A DNA stretch of 63,539 bases, the filler included, from Mycoplasmatota bacterium (GTDB lineage: Bacteria > Bacillota_I > Bacilli_A > RF39 > UBA660), in NCBI GenBank assembly GCA_012727915.1. It is 7 parts of 7 records of this genome, joined end to end, with 100 filler letters (N's around TTAATTAATTAA, not from the genome) between each part and the next. Parts side by side here need not be neighbours in the genome. Positions count along the whole stretch, not along the records: positions 27,836 to 35,302 come from JAAYGD010000050.1; positions 35,403 to 51,461 come from JAAYGD010000051.1; 5 more parts are not named here. The stretch is one strand, 5' to 3'. Of the stretch, positions 32,317 through 41,766 are shown in pieces; positions within the stretch are counted from its first letter, which is position 1, and the number at the start of each line of letters is the position of its first letter. The notes under the pieces were generated by a model. The model was not told the DNA's origin. It did not search any database and saw nothing but the letters and a program-made list of their open reading frames with translations. The translations under genes and the position numbers were made by a program.

Positions 32317-33405
32317 ATGAAATCAAATAAAAAGTATATTTTAATATCTGTATTAATATTTTTCTTAGGTGCTTTAGGAATGTACTTATTAATAAGTTAT
32401 GTTCCTTTAAAGACTAAAACAATTACTGAGGTTAATAATGAGTATAAAATTGAAGAAACTGCGGTAGAACAAGCTATAGATAAAGTGTATGATGCTGTTG
32501 TAGTTGTTGAATCTTTTTCAAATAATAGAAAAATTGGAACTGGAACGGGTTTTATTTATAAAAAGGATAATAAATATGGATATGTTATGACTAATAGTCA
32601 TGTAATTGGAAATGGAAATCAAGTAAAAATATTATTATCTGATGGAAAAGAGATAGACGCTAAAATTTTAGGAAAAGATGCATTATCTGATATTGCAGTA
32701 TTATCAATATCTTCAAATAGTGTAAAAAAAGTAGCGGAAATAGGAAATAGCGAAAATACAAAACTTGGAAACACTGTAATAACTGTTGGAGCCCCAATGG
32801 GGAGTGAATATAGTGGTACTGTAACTAAAGGTATTTTATCCGGAAAAGATAGAATGTTAACTGTTAGCTTAAGTAGTTATAGTTCTAATGATTTAATGAT
32901 AAGAGTACTTCAAACTGATGCTGCTATAAATCCAGGTAATAGTGGAGGGCCATTGGTTAATATTGCGGGTCAAGTAATAGGTATTACATCATTAAAATTA
33001 GTGCAAAGTGAAGTTGAAGGAATGGGATTTGCTATTCCGATTGAAGATGCAATGAGATATGTAGAAGATTTAGAAAGTGGTAAAGAAATATCTAGACCTT
33101 TTATAGGAATAGAAATGTTAGATGTTAACGAAGTATATTCATTATTTATTGAAGGCATAATACTTGATGAAGAAATAGAAAAAGGTGTTGTTATAATCAA
33201 TGTTACAGAAAATTCTCCAGCAGAAAAGATTGGATTAAAAAGAGGAGATATTATATTAAAAATGGGAGATAAAGAAATTGATAATAAAGCACAATTAAGA
33301 TATGAATTATATAAATATAAGGTTGGAGATAAATTAAAAATATTTGTTTATAGAGATGAAAAAATAAGTGAATATACTTTAACATTAATAAGTAATGAAA
33401 ACTAA
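32317..33405 (+). CDS. htrA: HtrA-family serine protease (TM + trypsin + PDZ)
   Basis: TNSHV, SDIAV, QTDAAINPGNSGGPL, SPAEKIGLKRGDII. Confidence 0.95.
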   Translation: MKSNKKYILISVLIFFLGALGMYLLISYVPLKTKTITEVNNEYKIEETAVEQAIDKVYDAVVVVESFSNNRKIGTGTGFIYKKDNKYGYVMTNSHVIGNGNQVKILLSDGKEIDAKILGKDALSDIAVLSISSNSVKKVAEIGNSENTKLGNTVITVGAPMGSEYSGTVTKGILSGKDRMLTVSLSSYSSNDLMIRVLQTDAAINPGNSGGPLVNIAGQVIGITSLKLVQSEVEGMGFAIPIEDAMRYVEDLESGKEISRPFIGIEMLDVNEVYSLFIEGIILDEEIEKGVVIINVTENSPAEKIGLKRGDIILKMGDKEIDNKAQLRYELYKYKVGDKLKIFVYRDEKISEYTLTLISNEN

Positions 33406-33423
33406 TATATAAGGTGGTATATT

Positions 33424-35302
33424 ATGAATGAAGGTTTGAAGGTACTAAAAAGAGACAACAAAAAAGTTGATTTTAATGGTGAAAAAATCGCAATTGCAAT
33501 AAAAAAAGCTTTTGATAGTAGAGAAGAATTCATTGAAAAATATACCGATGATGATATTAATAAAGTTTATAATTCTGTATTGGAAGATATATATGATAAT
33601 TACTTTGAAAAAGCTTATATTAAAGTTGAAGAGATACAAGATATAATAGAAAAAATGTTAATGAAATTGTCTTATCAAGATGTTTATGAATCTTTTTCTA
33701 ATTATAGAGATAAAAGATCAGAATCTAGAAAGATGTTTTTATCAGAACCTAAACAACATAAATTATTAAAAGCTATTGAAAAAATAACTTTAAAACAAGA
33801 TATAATATTAAAAAATAATGAAACACCAATGGATGTATTATTAAATTATGGAAAGATTATATCTGAAGAAATTTCTAATGCTTATTTAATAAATAATAAA
33901 TATATTGGATATCATGAAAGTGGTCAAATATATATTTCTGATGTAGAATATTATCCAGTTGGAGCTTTAGATTCATTAGTTATTGATTTAAATAAAATGG
34001 TAGATAAGAACAACAAATGCAATTATGACATGTTGTCGTGTTTTGAATATATAAAGTTATTTTTAATAAATTGTTCGAAAGAACAATACGGAAATCAAGG
34101 TTTAATGAATATTGATGAAATATTAAAAGAATCTTTATTGAATACTTTTAAAGAGGAATTTAAAACAAAAATATATGAGTATTTAGATTTTAATGGGTAT
34201 ATTGATATTGTAGATATAGATTCTATTAATAGAGATATTATTAAGTTAAATACTATGTTAATTGATATTGATAATTATTATAAATATAGTAAGAAAATAA
34301 AACAGATAGAGTTTATATTTGAAAAGGCTTATGAGAGTTCTATATTGTCTGCAGAAAAGATTTTGTATAAATCTCTATATAGTTTTTTACATACATATAT
34401 TAACAATAACAAGTTAACTATAAGTATAGGATTAGATACTTCTTATGAAGGTAGAATGATTACTAAAAATTATTTATTATCTTTGGATGATAAAGTAGAA
34501 ATAAACACGTTATTTAGTTTATCAAAAGGAATAAATTACGATAAAAAGGATATAAATTACGATTTATTTGTATTAGCAAGTTCAACATTAGAAAAAGGAT
34601 ATAAAATTAATTTTAATATACTAGATTATTATGAGAAAGATTTAAACATATTTTATTTTGGTGACGGATCATGTTTAATGGATAGTAAACCTTTATCGGG
34701 AAGAGGATTTTTATCAAAGACATATTTAAATCTAGCTAGAATAGGAATAAAAAACAATAAATTAGGTGAAACAAAAGAAATGTTTTTTGTAGAATTAGAA
34801 CATATTTTGGATATTGTAAAAGATCAATTGATAGAAAGATTCAATTTTCAAAGTGAAAAGAAAGCATCGGATTTTCAATTTATAATTGGAGAGAATATTT
34901 ATGCGGATTCTAAAGGTATTAAACATAATGAAAAAATAAAGAAATCAATAAAGAATGGATTTTTAGGAATTGGAATTATAGGATTAAGTGAATGTATTAA
35001 ATCTTTAGATTATAAAATTTCTGATGAAGAAATAGTTGAATACATTAAAAATTTAATTAATATATATAAAAAAGATCATAATTTAAATTTTGTTTTGATT
35101 GGCCCTAATATAGATATTTCAAAAGAGTTTATTGATATAGATAGAGCCATATATGGTGATATAAAAGATGTTACATCAAAAGATTGTTATGATTATGAAT
35201 TCAATCAAAAAAACAATAATTATTACCAAACAACATTTGATGGTGGATATAGTATTATTAAAGATATAGATTATAAAGATGAAGAAAGTGTAATTGAATT
35301 TA
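33424..35302 (+). CDS. ATP-cone + degenerate class III ribonucleotide reductase (NrdD-like), 3' truncated
   Basis: VLKRD..KVDFNGEKI..AI.KAF, VEEIQDIIE; HESGQIYI; GRG.LS.T.LNLARIG; KDQLIERFNFQ; G.LGIGIIGLSEC; FIDIDRAIYG. Confidence 0.8.
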
Positions 35303-35402
35303 NNNNNNNNNNNNNNNNNNNNNNNNNNNNNNNNNNNNNNNNNNNNTTAATTAATTAANNNNNNNNNNNNNNNNNNNNNNNNNNNNNNNNNNNNNNNNNN
35401 NN
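35303..35402. other. Artificial contig spacer
   Basis: N44-TTAATTAATTAA-N44. Confidence 0.99.
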
Positions 35403-35403
35403 T

Positions 35404-35856
35404 AATAAAAATTATGATAAGTATAACTGTATTCCTAATTGGGCAAAAAAATCATTAGAAAATCATATGGTTGATAAGAGAGAGTATATTTACGATTTAA
35501 AAACATTAGAAAAAGGTTTAACTCATGATGATTATTGGAATACTGCTCAAAAAGAAATGGTTATTACAGGTAAAATGCATGGTTATATGAGAATGTATTG
35601 GGGAAAAAAGATTATTGAATGGGCAAATAATCCTGAGGAGGCTTTTAGAGTTATGACATATTTAAATAATAAATATAATATTGATGGAAGAGACGCAAAT
35701 TCATATGCAGGTATAGCGTGGTGTTTTGGGAAACATGATAGGCCTTGGAAAGAGAGACAAATCTTTGGAATGATAAGATATATGAACCAAGAAGGACTGG
35801 ATAGAAAGTTTAAAATGGATGAATATAAAAAAATCGTTGACAATCTCAAATTGTAA
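35404..35856 (+). CDS. phr: Class II CPD photolyase, C-terminal FAD domain (5' truncated)
   Basis: [55 protein letters not shown]. Confidence 0.93.
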   Translation, partial: NKNYDKYNCIPNWAKKSLENHMVDKREYIYDLKTLEKGLTHDDYWNTAQKEMVITGKMHGYMRMYWGKKIIEWANNPEEAFRVMTYLNNKYNIDGRDANSYAGIAWCFGKHDRPWKERQIFGMIRYMNQEGLDRKFKMDEYKKIVDNLKL

Positions 35857-35932
35857 TATTATGTAAAATATATACTAAAAAGTTGTATAAAAACAAATTT
35901 ATTGATAGAATTAAGAAAGATAGGAGGTATAT

Positions 35933-36436
35933 ATGAAAAGAAATGGAAGAAGAAATTATTTTATTATAGCATTATTTTTATTAGTTGGTTTGTTAGGAGT
36001 AGGTTATGCATTATTTGCAGAGAGCTTATCTATAACAGGAACAGCAACATCTACCGGTACATTTGATATAGAGTTTTTTACAGCAACTGTAACTAGTAGT
36101 TCAAATGCTGGAGAACCAACTGCAACAATAAGTGGTGACAAAAACACTTTAACTCTTGTTGCAGATACTTTGTTAGTGCCTGGAGCTAATGTTCTTTATA
36201 CTGTTGAAGTTAAAAATGTTGGAAATGTATCAGCTGATTTAACAGATGTGTTATTAACTGATGATAATGACCCGGATATAACAGTAACTCTTGATCCTAC
36301 TTTATCAACCCCACTTACTATTGCGCCAAATGCTACTCATAGTTTTACAATAGAAGTAGAATGGGATTCTGGTTCTGGTAAAGGTTCAAAAACAGTTAAT
36401 TATACAGTTGATTTAGATTACGTACAAACCCCATAA
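35933..36436 (+). CDS. TasA/CalY-like secreted fibre subunit with SipW-class signal peptide (candidate major subunit)
   Basis: GVGYA/LF signal; L.PG and VKNVG motifs; Thr/Val-rich beta strands; strong AGGAGG RBS. Confidence 0.7.
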   Translation: MKRNGRRNYFIIALFLLVGLLGVGYALFAESLSITGTATSTGTFDIEFFTATVTSSSNAGEPTATISGDKNTLTLVADTLLVPGANVLYTVEVKNVGNVSADLTDVLLTDDNDPDITVTLDPTLSTPLTIAPNATHSFTIEVEWDSGSGKGSKTVNYTVDLDYVQTP

Positions 36437-36445
36437 AAAGAATAT

Positions 36446-36472
36446 AAAGCCACTAAGTGTGGCTTTTATTTT
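36446..36472 (+). terminator. Intra-operon hairpin/terminator
   Basis: AAAGCCAC-TAAGT-GTGGCTTT followed by TATTTT. Confidence 0.75.
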
Positions 36473-36484
36473 ATTGGAGATTAT

Positions 36485-37045
36485 ATGATAAGAAGGAAGA
36501 AAAAAAAATTAAAAATATTGTACATGGTAGTAATAGTAATTATTATTCTTTCTTTATCTGTTGGATATAGTTTGTTTGTTGAATCAATTAACATATTTGG
36601 TTCAGCAACAAGTATGCCAATAATATCTGGGCCAGATTTAGATATTAATTTAATTCCAAATGGAAGTATATATACTAATGGAACTTATCCCGCAAAAAGT
36701 ATAATTTTCCAAAGTGAAACATTAAATAGTAATGAACTTACTGTAAATTATACAAGAGATGGTACTACTGGAAAAAGGAATAATATTTCTATATCAATTA
36801 ATTTTACAAACAAATATCATTTAAATTTAACTTCGGGTACAACATCTTCACAAATTATTTCTGGTACTCAAATTACTAATTTATCTTCTGTATTAAGTAA
36901 AACTGTACTTATACCTAATGAACAAGGAACTTTAACTGTTAATTTTACTAATACTAACAAGTCTGGAGCAAATTTAAGAATTGCAATGAGTTATATTGTA
37001 AATGGAATAACTCAATCTTTCTATTATAATGTTATAATAGTATAG
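36485..37045 (+). CDS. Secreted beta-rich protein with SipW-class signal (paralogous N-terminus to 35933 gene)
   Basis: SVGYS/LFVESINIFGSAT versus GVGYA/LFAESLSITGTAT. Confidence 0.65.
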   Translation: MIRRKKKKLKILYMVVIVIIILSLSVGYSLFVESINIFGSATSMPIISGPDLDINLIPNGSIYTNGTYPAKSIIFQSETLNSNELTVNYTRDGTTGKRNNISISINFTNKYHLNLTSGTTSSQIISGTQITNLSSVLSKTVLIPNEQGTLTVNFTNTNKSGANLRIAMSYIVNGITQSFYYNVIIV

Positions 37046-37053
37046 AGGAAATT

Positions 37054-38235
37054 ATGCAAAAGAATAAAACAGGGATTATATTATTTGTATTTATTTTTGT
37101 TATTGGGGTTTTATTACCTGTTTTTTTGTTTGAAACGGGTAAAATTTATAATTTGGTTATAAAACCTTTATCGTGGCTTTTTTTATTGGTTTTAACTTTA
37201 TTGTTTTCAAAAAAGAAGACAAAATCTTATAATTTTGATAAAAAAGCTATATTTGAAATTTCTTTAATGTATTCTTTAATATATATTATATTATATTATT
37301 CTTTGGGATTAATAATAGGATATAGTAAATCTCCTTTTGATAGATCTTTATTAGGTATAATTAATAATATATGGATATTTATTCCATTTATTGTTTTTAG
37401 AGAGATTATAAGAGATTATATAATAAAGTTTTCAAACAAAGGTGAAAAAAAGTTAATAATAATTATAACATTAATTATGATATTTACAGATATATCCTAT
37501 GCCTCATTTGAAGCTTATTCAAGTAGTCTTGCAGATATTATAGAGTTTTCTATAAAGACTTTTTTGCCAGCAGCTTGTTTAAATGTATTTTTGTCTTATA
37601 TATGTTATAGAGAAAGCTACAAATCAAGCATAATATATTTAATTCCTATTATGATTATTAAAATTATAACGCCGGTATTTCCTTATGATTTGTTTTTTGT
37701 CTTAATTATAGTTGATTTATTAATACCTTTTATGGCTTTTTTAAAAATAGAAAATTTATATACTTTATCAAGCATGGTTTCTATTTATAAAAAAAATGAT
37801 TTTAAATCAATTTTAGGTAAAGTATTAGGATTAATGTTTTTAGTATTTACATTATTATTTACTACAAGATTATTACCTATTTCTCCAATTGTAATATTAA
37901 GTGATAGTATGGCTCCATATATTGAAAGAGGAGATATTGCTTTAATTAAAAAAATAGAATCTTCAAATATTAAAATTAATGATATAATAGAATATAGAAT
38001 AGATGATGTTTATGTTATACATAGAGTTGTAAATATAAAAAAAACAGATAAAGGTTGTGAATATATAACAAAAGGAGATAATAATAAATCAGTTGATTCA
38101 AAAGTGGTGTTGCCTAATCAAATAAATGGAAAGTTTATTGGTTATGTTCCTAAAATGGGATTTCCCACTATTTGGATACGAGAATTTTTAGAAGAAGCAA
38201 GAGGATTAAAGATTAAGGAAGGGGATAGAATATAA
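37054..38235 (+). CDS. Polytopic membrane domain fused to SipW-type (S26B) signal peptidase
   Basis: ~8 TM helices, then ILSDSMAPYIERGD, VIHRV, TKGDNNKSVD, VPKMG. Confidence 0.88.
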   Translation: MQKNKTGIILFVFIFVIGVLLPVFLFETGKIYNLVIKPLSWLFLLVLTLLFSKKKTKSYNFDKKAIFEISLMYSLIYIILYYSLGLIIGYSKSPFDRSLLGIINNIWIFIPFIVFREIIRDYIIKFSNKGEKKLIIIITLIMIFTDISYASFEAYSSSLADIIEFSIKTFLPAACLNVFLSYICYRESYKSSIIYLIPIMIIKIITPVFPYDLFFVLIIVDLLIPFMAFLKIENLYTLSSMVSIYKKNDFKSILGKVLGLMFLVFTLLFTTRLLPISPIVILSDSMAPYIERGDIALIKKIESSNIKINDIIEYRIDDVYVIHRVVNIKKTDKGCEYITKGDNNKSVDSKVVLPNQINGKFIGYVPKMGFPTIWIREFLEEARGLKIKEGDRI

Positions 38236-39287
38236 TGAGTGAAAAAACAGAAAAAAGAATTCTTATTGTTTTACTTATTGTCTTTTCTATGATTTTTGTT
38301 CATGCTTCGTATAATATAGTGACCTTGTTATTGGAAATAAAAGGTAATGAAAATAGCATGGTATATTCAAATAATTCTAAAGTTGATTATAGTGTTTATA
38401 TAAAAGACAATGAATTTGTTAATGAAAAGATTTTAAAAGCTGGTGAAAATTATATTAGTTCTCTTACAGAAAAAATAAATATGACTCTAGAATATATTTA
38501 TAGTTCTAGTGAAGATTTAAAATTGAGTTATGATTATAAAATATACGCAACGATTTTTGGTTTTTATAATGAGATCCCAACTGAGGGATATAATAATCCT
38601 GTTATATGGAAAAAAGAATTTAGTATTAAAGAGATTGTTTCTAAAAATATTAGTAGCGCTGATAATTTCAAAATAAAAGAAAATTTTGATATAGATTGGA
38701 TATTATTTAATGAAGAAGTAAATAAGTTTAAAGAAAATTTTTCTATTCCAATTTTATCTAGGCTTGAAATAAAGATGGATGTAAACATTAATGGTAGTAA
38801 CGATAATTATGCAATGAAAGAAAATAAATCGGTTGTTGCTTATATACCTTTAACAGAACAAGTATTTAATGTAGATACAGTATTAAATGATTTTGAAGAA
38901 AAAATATTACAATCTAACGATTTAAGTATTGTTCAAAATAATCAAAGACAAATTATTTTGTTTTCTATAGTAATTGTAATTTTATCATTTTTAATAATAT
39001 TTACAATAAGTAGAATTGTTTCATTTAAAGCAAATAAATCTTTCCATAAAAAGATCGATGAAATAAAGAAAAATTATAATGAAATAGTAGTAGAAACTAA
39101 AAACATGATTAATACAAAAGGTTTAAAACCTATTGCAATCACTTCATTTGATGAGATGTTGAATTTAGCTGAAAGTTTAATATCTCCAATAATGTTTTAT
39201 GAAGAAAAAAATTATGCTTGTTTCTATATTGTGAAATCAGATGTTATTTATATGTTTGTTTTGAAAAACAAACCAACAAAAGATTAA
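38235..39287 (+). CDS. DUF5305-like two-TM protein
   Basis: TM - VDYSVYIKDNEF...YISSL extracellular domain - TM - C-terminal SFDEMLNLAE...PIMF...IYMF. Confidence 0.7.
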   Translation: MSEKTEKRILIVLLIVFSMIFVHASYNIVTLLLEIKGNENSMVYSNNSKVDYSVYIKDNEFVNEKILKAGENYISSLTEKINMTLEYIYSSSEDLKLSYDYKIYATIFGFYNEIPTEGYNNPVIWKKEFSIKEIVSKNISSADNFKIKENFDIDWILFNEEVNKFKENFSIPILSRLEIKMDVNINGSNDNYAMKENKSVVAYIPLTEQVFNVDTVLNDFEEKILQSNDLSIVQNNQRQIILFSIVIVILSFLIIFTISRIVSFKANKSFHKKIDEIKKNYNEIVVETKNMINTKGLKPIAITSFDEMLNLAESLISPIMFYEEKNYACFYIVKSDVIYMFVLKNKPTKD

Positions 39288-39349
39288 TGAAAGTAATGTA
39301 ATTGTTTGTAAAATCAAGATATTTATGTTATACTTTTTATGGTGAAAAT

Positions 39350-39850
39350 ATGAATAAAATAGTAGGCTTGGTAATAGTGTGTTTATACTTATTGTTTGTA
39401 ATAATATTAACTTTATATTTATTCATGTATAACCGTTTTGGAGTATCTTCCTTGGGAGAAAACATTGTTTTTTCTAACGAATATTTAGATTCTTTTAGTA
39501 AGGGTTCTTTGATTATAATAAAAAGAGATTCAAAAAATATTAAAGTTGGAGATCAAATTTTATATTATAATTTTTATAATATGAGAGGAAACATTAATGA
39601 AGGAAAAATAAAAAATATTGAAATTGTAAATAAGGAAGAAAAAACAATAGAGCTTGAAAATGGAAGATTCCTTTCTAGTAGTTATTTAATAGGAAAAGAA
39701 GAAAACGCTTTTGGAATACCATTAATTGGATATGTTATAAAAGTTTTATCTTCTACTTTGGGATATTTGTCTTTTGTTATTTTTCCTACAACAGTAGTAT
39801 TCTTTTATCAATTAAATAATTTGTTTAAGAAGCTTAAGTTTTTGAGGTAA
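39350..39850 (+). CDS. Degenerate SipW-like protein (catalytic residues absent)
   Basis: KGSLIIIK, IKVGDQILY, LIGK, IPLIGYV, GYLSFVIFP scaffold without SM, HR or TKGD..N..D. Confidence 0.6.
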   Translation: MNKIVGLVIVCLYLLFVIILTLYLFMYNRFGVSSLGENIVFSNEYLDSFSKGSLIIIKRDSKNIKVGDQILYYNFYNMRGNINEGKIKNIEIVNKEEKTIELENGRFLSSSYLIGKEENAFGIPLIGYVIKVLSSTLGYLSFVIFPTTVVFFYQLNNLFKKLKFLR

Positions 39851-39855
39851 CAATT

Positions 39856-40770
39856 ATGATAAAGAAAATAAAAGAAAACAAATTATTATTATTAATATTT
39901 TTATTACTATTCACTACAATTTTATCGACTATAGGTAGATTTGTTTATGATGAAACAAAGAAAAACTATTTTTTAACTCAAGATTTTTATTTTAATAGTG
40001 ATAAATTAAAAGAAGTTCAAGCTAATTATGTTATTAATAATTATAATGGTGTTGATACATATGATATTGTAGTAAATGTTGACAGTATAAAAAACAATTT
40101 AGTTAAATCTACTGATGATATTGCTTATGATATAACATATAATTGCACAAGCAATGCTGATTGTTCTTCATCAAAAAGTAGCGGGATAATATATAGCACA
40201 ACTGGAACGGATTTCTTTACTATATCAGCAACTCCAAATACAGCTTTGATTAATGGGCAATATATTGAAATTGAAATATTTGCTGAATCTACTAACCCAT
40301 ACGAAAAAGAGATAAGCGCAAAATTCAAACTAATAGTAGGTAATTATGGTTTGTCATATGAAATATATGATGAGGTGGATAGTCCATATTTGCAATTAAA
40401 AGTAACAAATACTTTGGATTATTATAAGGTTTTAGTTGCATTTGGATCATATAATATAGGTGATAAACTTGATTTGGAAACATATTTAGCGCTAACACCA
40501 TCTGAAAAAGAAAATTGTGCATCAGCAATCATAAATTTAAGTTTTTCTCCATTAGATATATTATATGATAATGTAAGTGATATAAGCGAATCAATAACAA
40601 GCATATCTACTACAGTAATTGGAGGAAATGATTATGTTAATGCATTATCTTTCAAGATAGACGCAATATCTAGTATGATTGTAAGGTTTTACAAAATAGA
40701 TGCAAGTGAAGACTATACATATCCGATTGTTAATCCAACACCAATAGTAACTGTGACTTATACTTTATAG
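39856..40770 (+). CDS. Secreted beta-rich protein with SipW-like signal
   Basis: ILSTIG/RFVY signal; QDFYFNSDKL; Thr/Ser/Tyr-rich. Confidence 0.6.
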   Translation: MIKKIKENKLLLLIFLLLFTTILSTIGRFVYDETKKNYFLTQDFYFNSDKLKEVQANYVINNYNGVDTYDIVVNVDSIKNNLVKSTDDIAYDITYNCTSNADCSSSKSSGIIYSTTGTDFFTISATPNTALINGQYIEIEIFAESTNPYEKEISAKFKLIVGNYGLSYEIYDEVDSPYLQLKVTNTLDYYKVLVAFGSYNIGDKLDLETYLALTPSEKENCASAIINLSFSPLDILYDNVSDISESITSISTTVIGGNDYVNALSFKIDAISSMIVRFYKIDASEDYTYPIVNPTPIVTVTYTL

Positions 40771-40779
40771 GAGGTAATT

Positions 40780-41754
40780 ATGAATTATAATATTATAAAT
40801 GAATATATAAGTTTTTCAAAAATATGTATTAATAAATATTTGAAAAAGATTTTAGGAAAACATTATAATCAAAATATAGTTAACAGACTATTAAAAGTTT
40901 ATGTTAATTCAAGATATTATGATGTTTATTTATCTTCAGGAAAAGATTTTGCTAATAATATAAGAGAAAACTTAGTTAATCTATCCGAGACTTTAAAAAA
41001 ACAAGAAGATGTTAATCAAGTAGATTATGCTATCGAATCTTTTGAATATATTTTCTATTTTGATAATGTTATTGAATGTGAATCAATTAATGATAAAATA
41101 ACTGAAATAGAAAATTTCCGAAAAGACAGATTGAATATAAATAGAAACAAGAAATTTAATATAGATTTATTTGAGACTATAAAAGAAGATTTAATTAAGA
41201 AAAAAGAGTATATAGAAACGATAGATAATAAGAAATTTGAATTTAATTATGAACTTACTAATTTAAATAATATATATGATGTTCAAATTAATCAGAATTT
41301 AAAATTTCCTGCTGTATATAATAGTGCAATAGTAGATAAAATATTTAAGTCCAGTGAACTTTCGCAAAGGAAAGCTGCAATAGAATTTTCTTTTGCTGCT
41401 CTAAAAGTATTAAAAGATGTTATTAAAGGGAATTTTAATTATAAGTATTTAGTTAAATATCCTAGTGGTGTTAGTAGTAAAAAAATGTTGACTAATAAAT
41501 TATTTAGTATTTTAGATAATGATATGTTAAGAGAAAAAGTTATTATTAAATTAGATTATAATGATTTTAAAAATGAAAAAGAATCAATATATGAAAAGAT
41601 AAGAAAAGGATTTAAATTTGCAATAATATTAAATGATGATTTTGTAGAAGAAGAAGATAATATTAAGCTGTTATATATATTTAAATATATATTGGTTAAA
41701 AAAGATACTAAGTTATTGGTTGAAAAAAGGTATAATAATATAATAAACATATAA
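40780..41754 (+). CDS. Cytoplasmic hypothetical protein, C-terminus weakly EAL-like
   Basis: AGGAGG RBS; no signal or TM; KVIIKL...KIRKGFKFAIILNDDF. Confidence 0.7.
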   Translation: MNYNIINEYISFSKICINKYLKKILGKHYNQNIVNRLLKVYVNSRYYDVYLSSGKDFANNIRENLVNLSETLKKQEDVNQVDYAIESFEYIFYFDNVIECESINDKITEIENFRKDRLNINRNKKFNIDLFETIKEDLIKKKEYIETIDNKKFEFNYELTNLNNIYDVQINQNLKFPAVYNSAIVDKIFKSSELSQRKAAIEFSFAALKVLKDVIKGNFNYKYLVKYPSGVSSKKMLTNKLFSILDNDMLREKVIIKLDYNDFKNEKESIYEKIRKGFKFAIILNDDFVEEEDNIKLLYIFKYILVKKDTKLLVEKRYNNIINI

Positions 41755-41766
41755 TAAGGAGCAATT

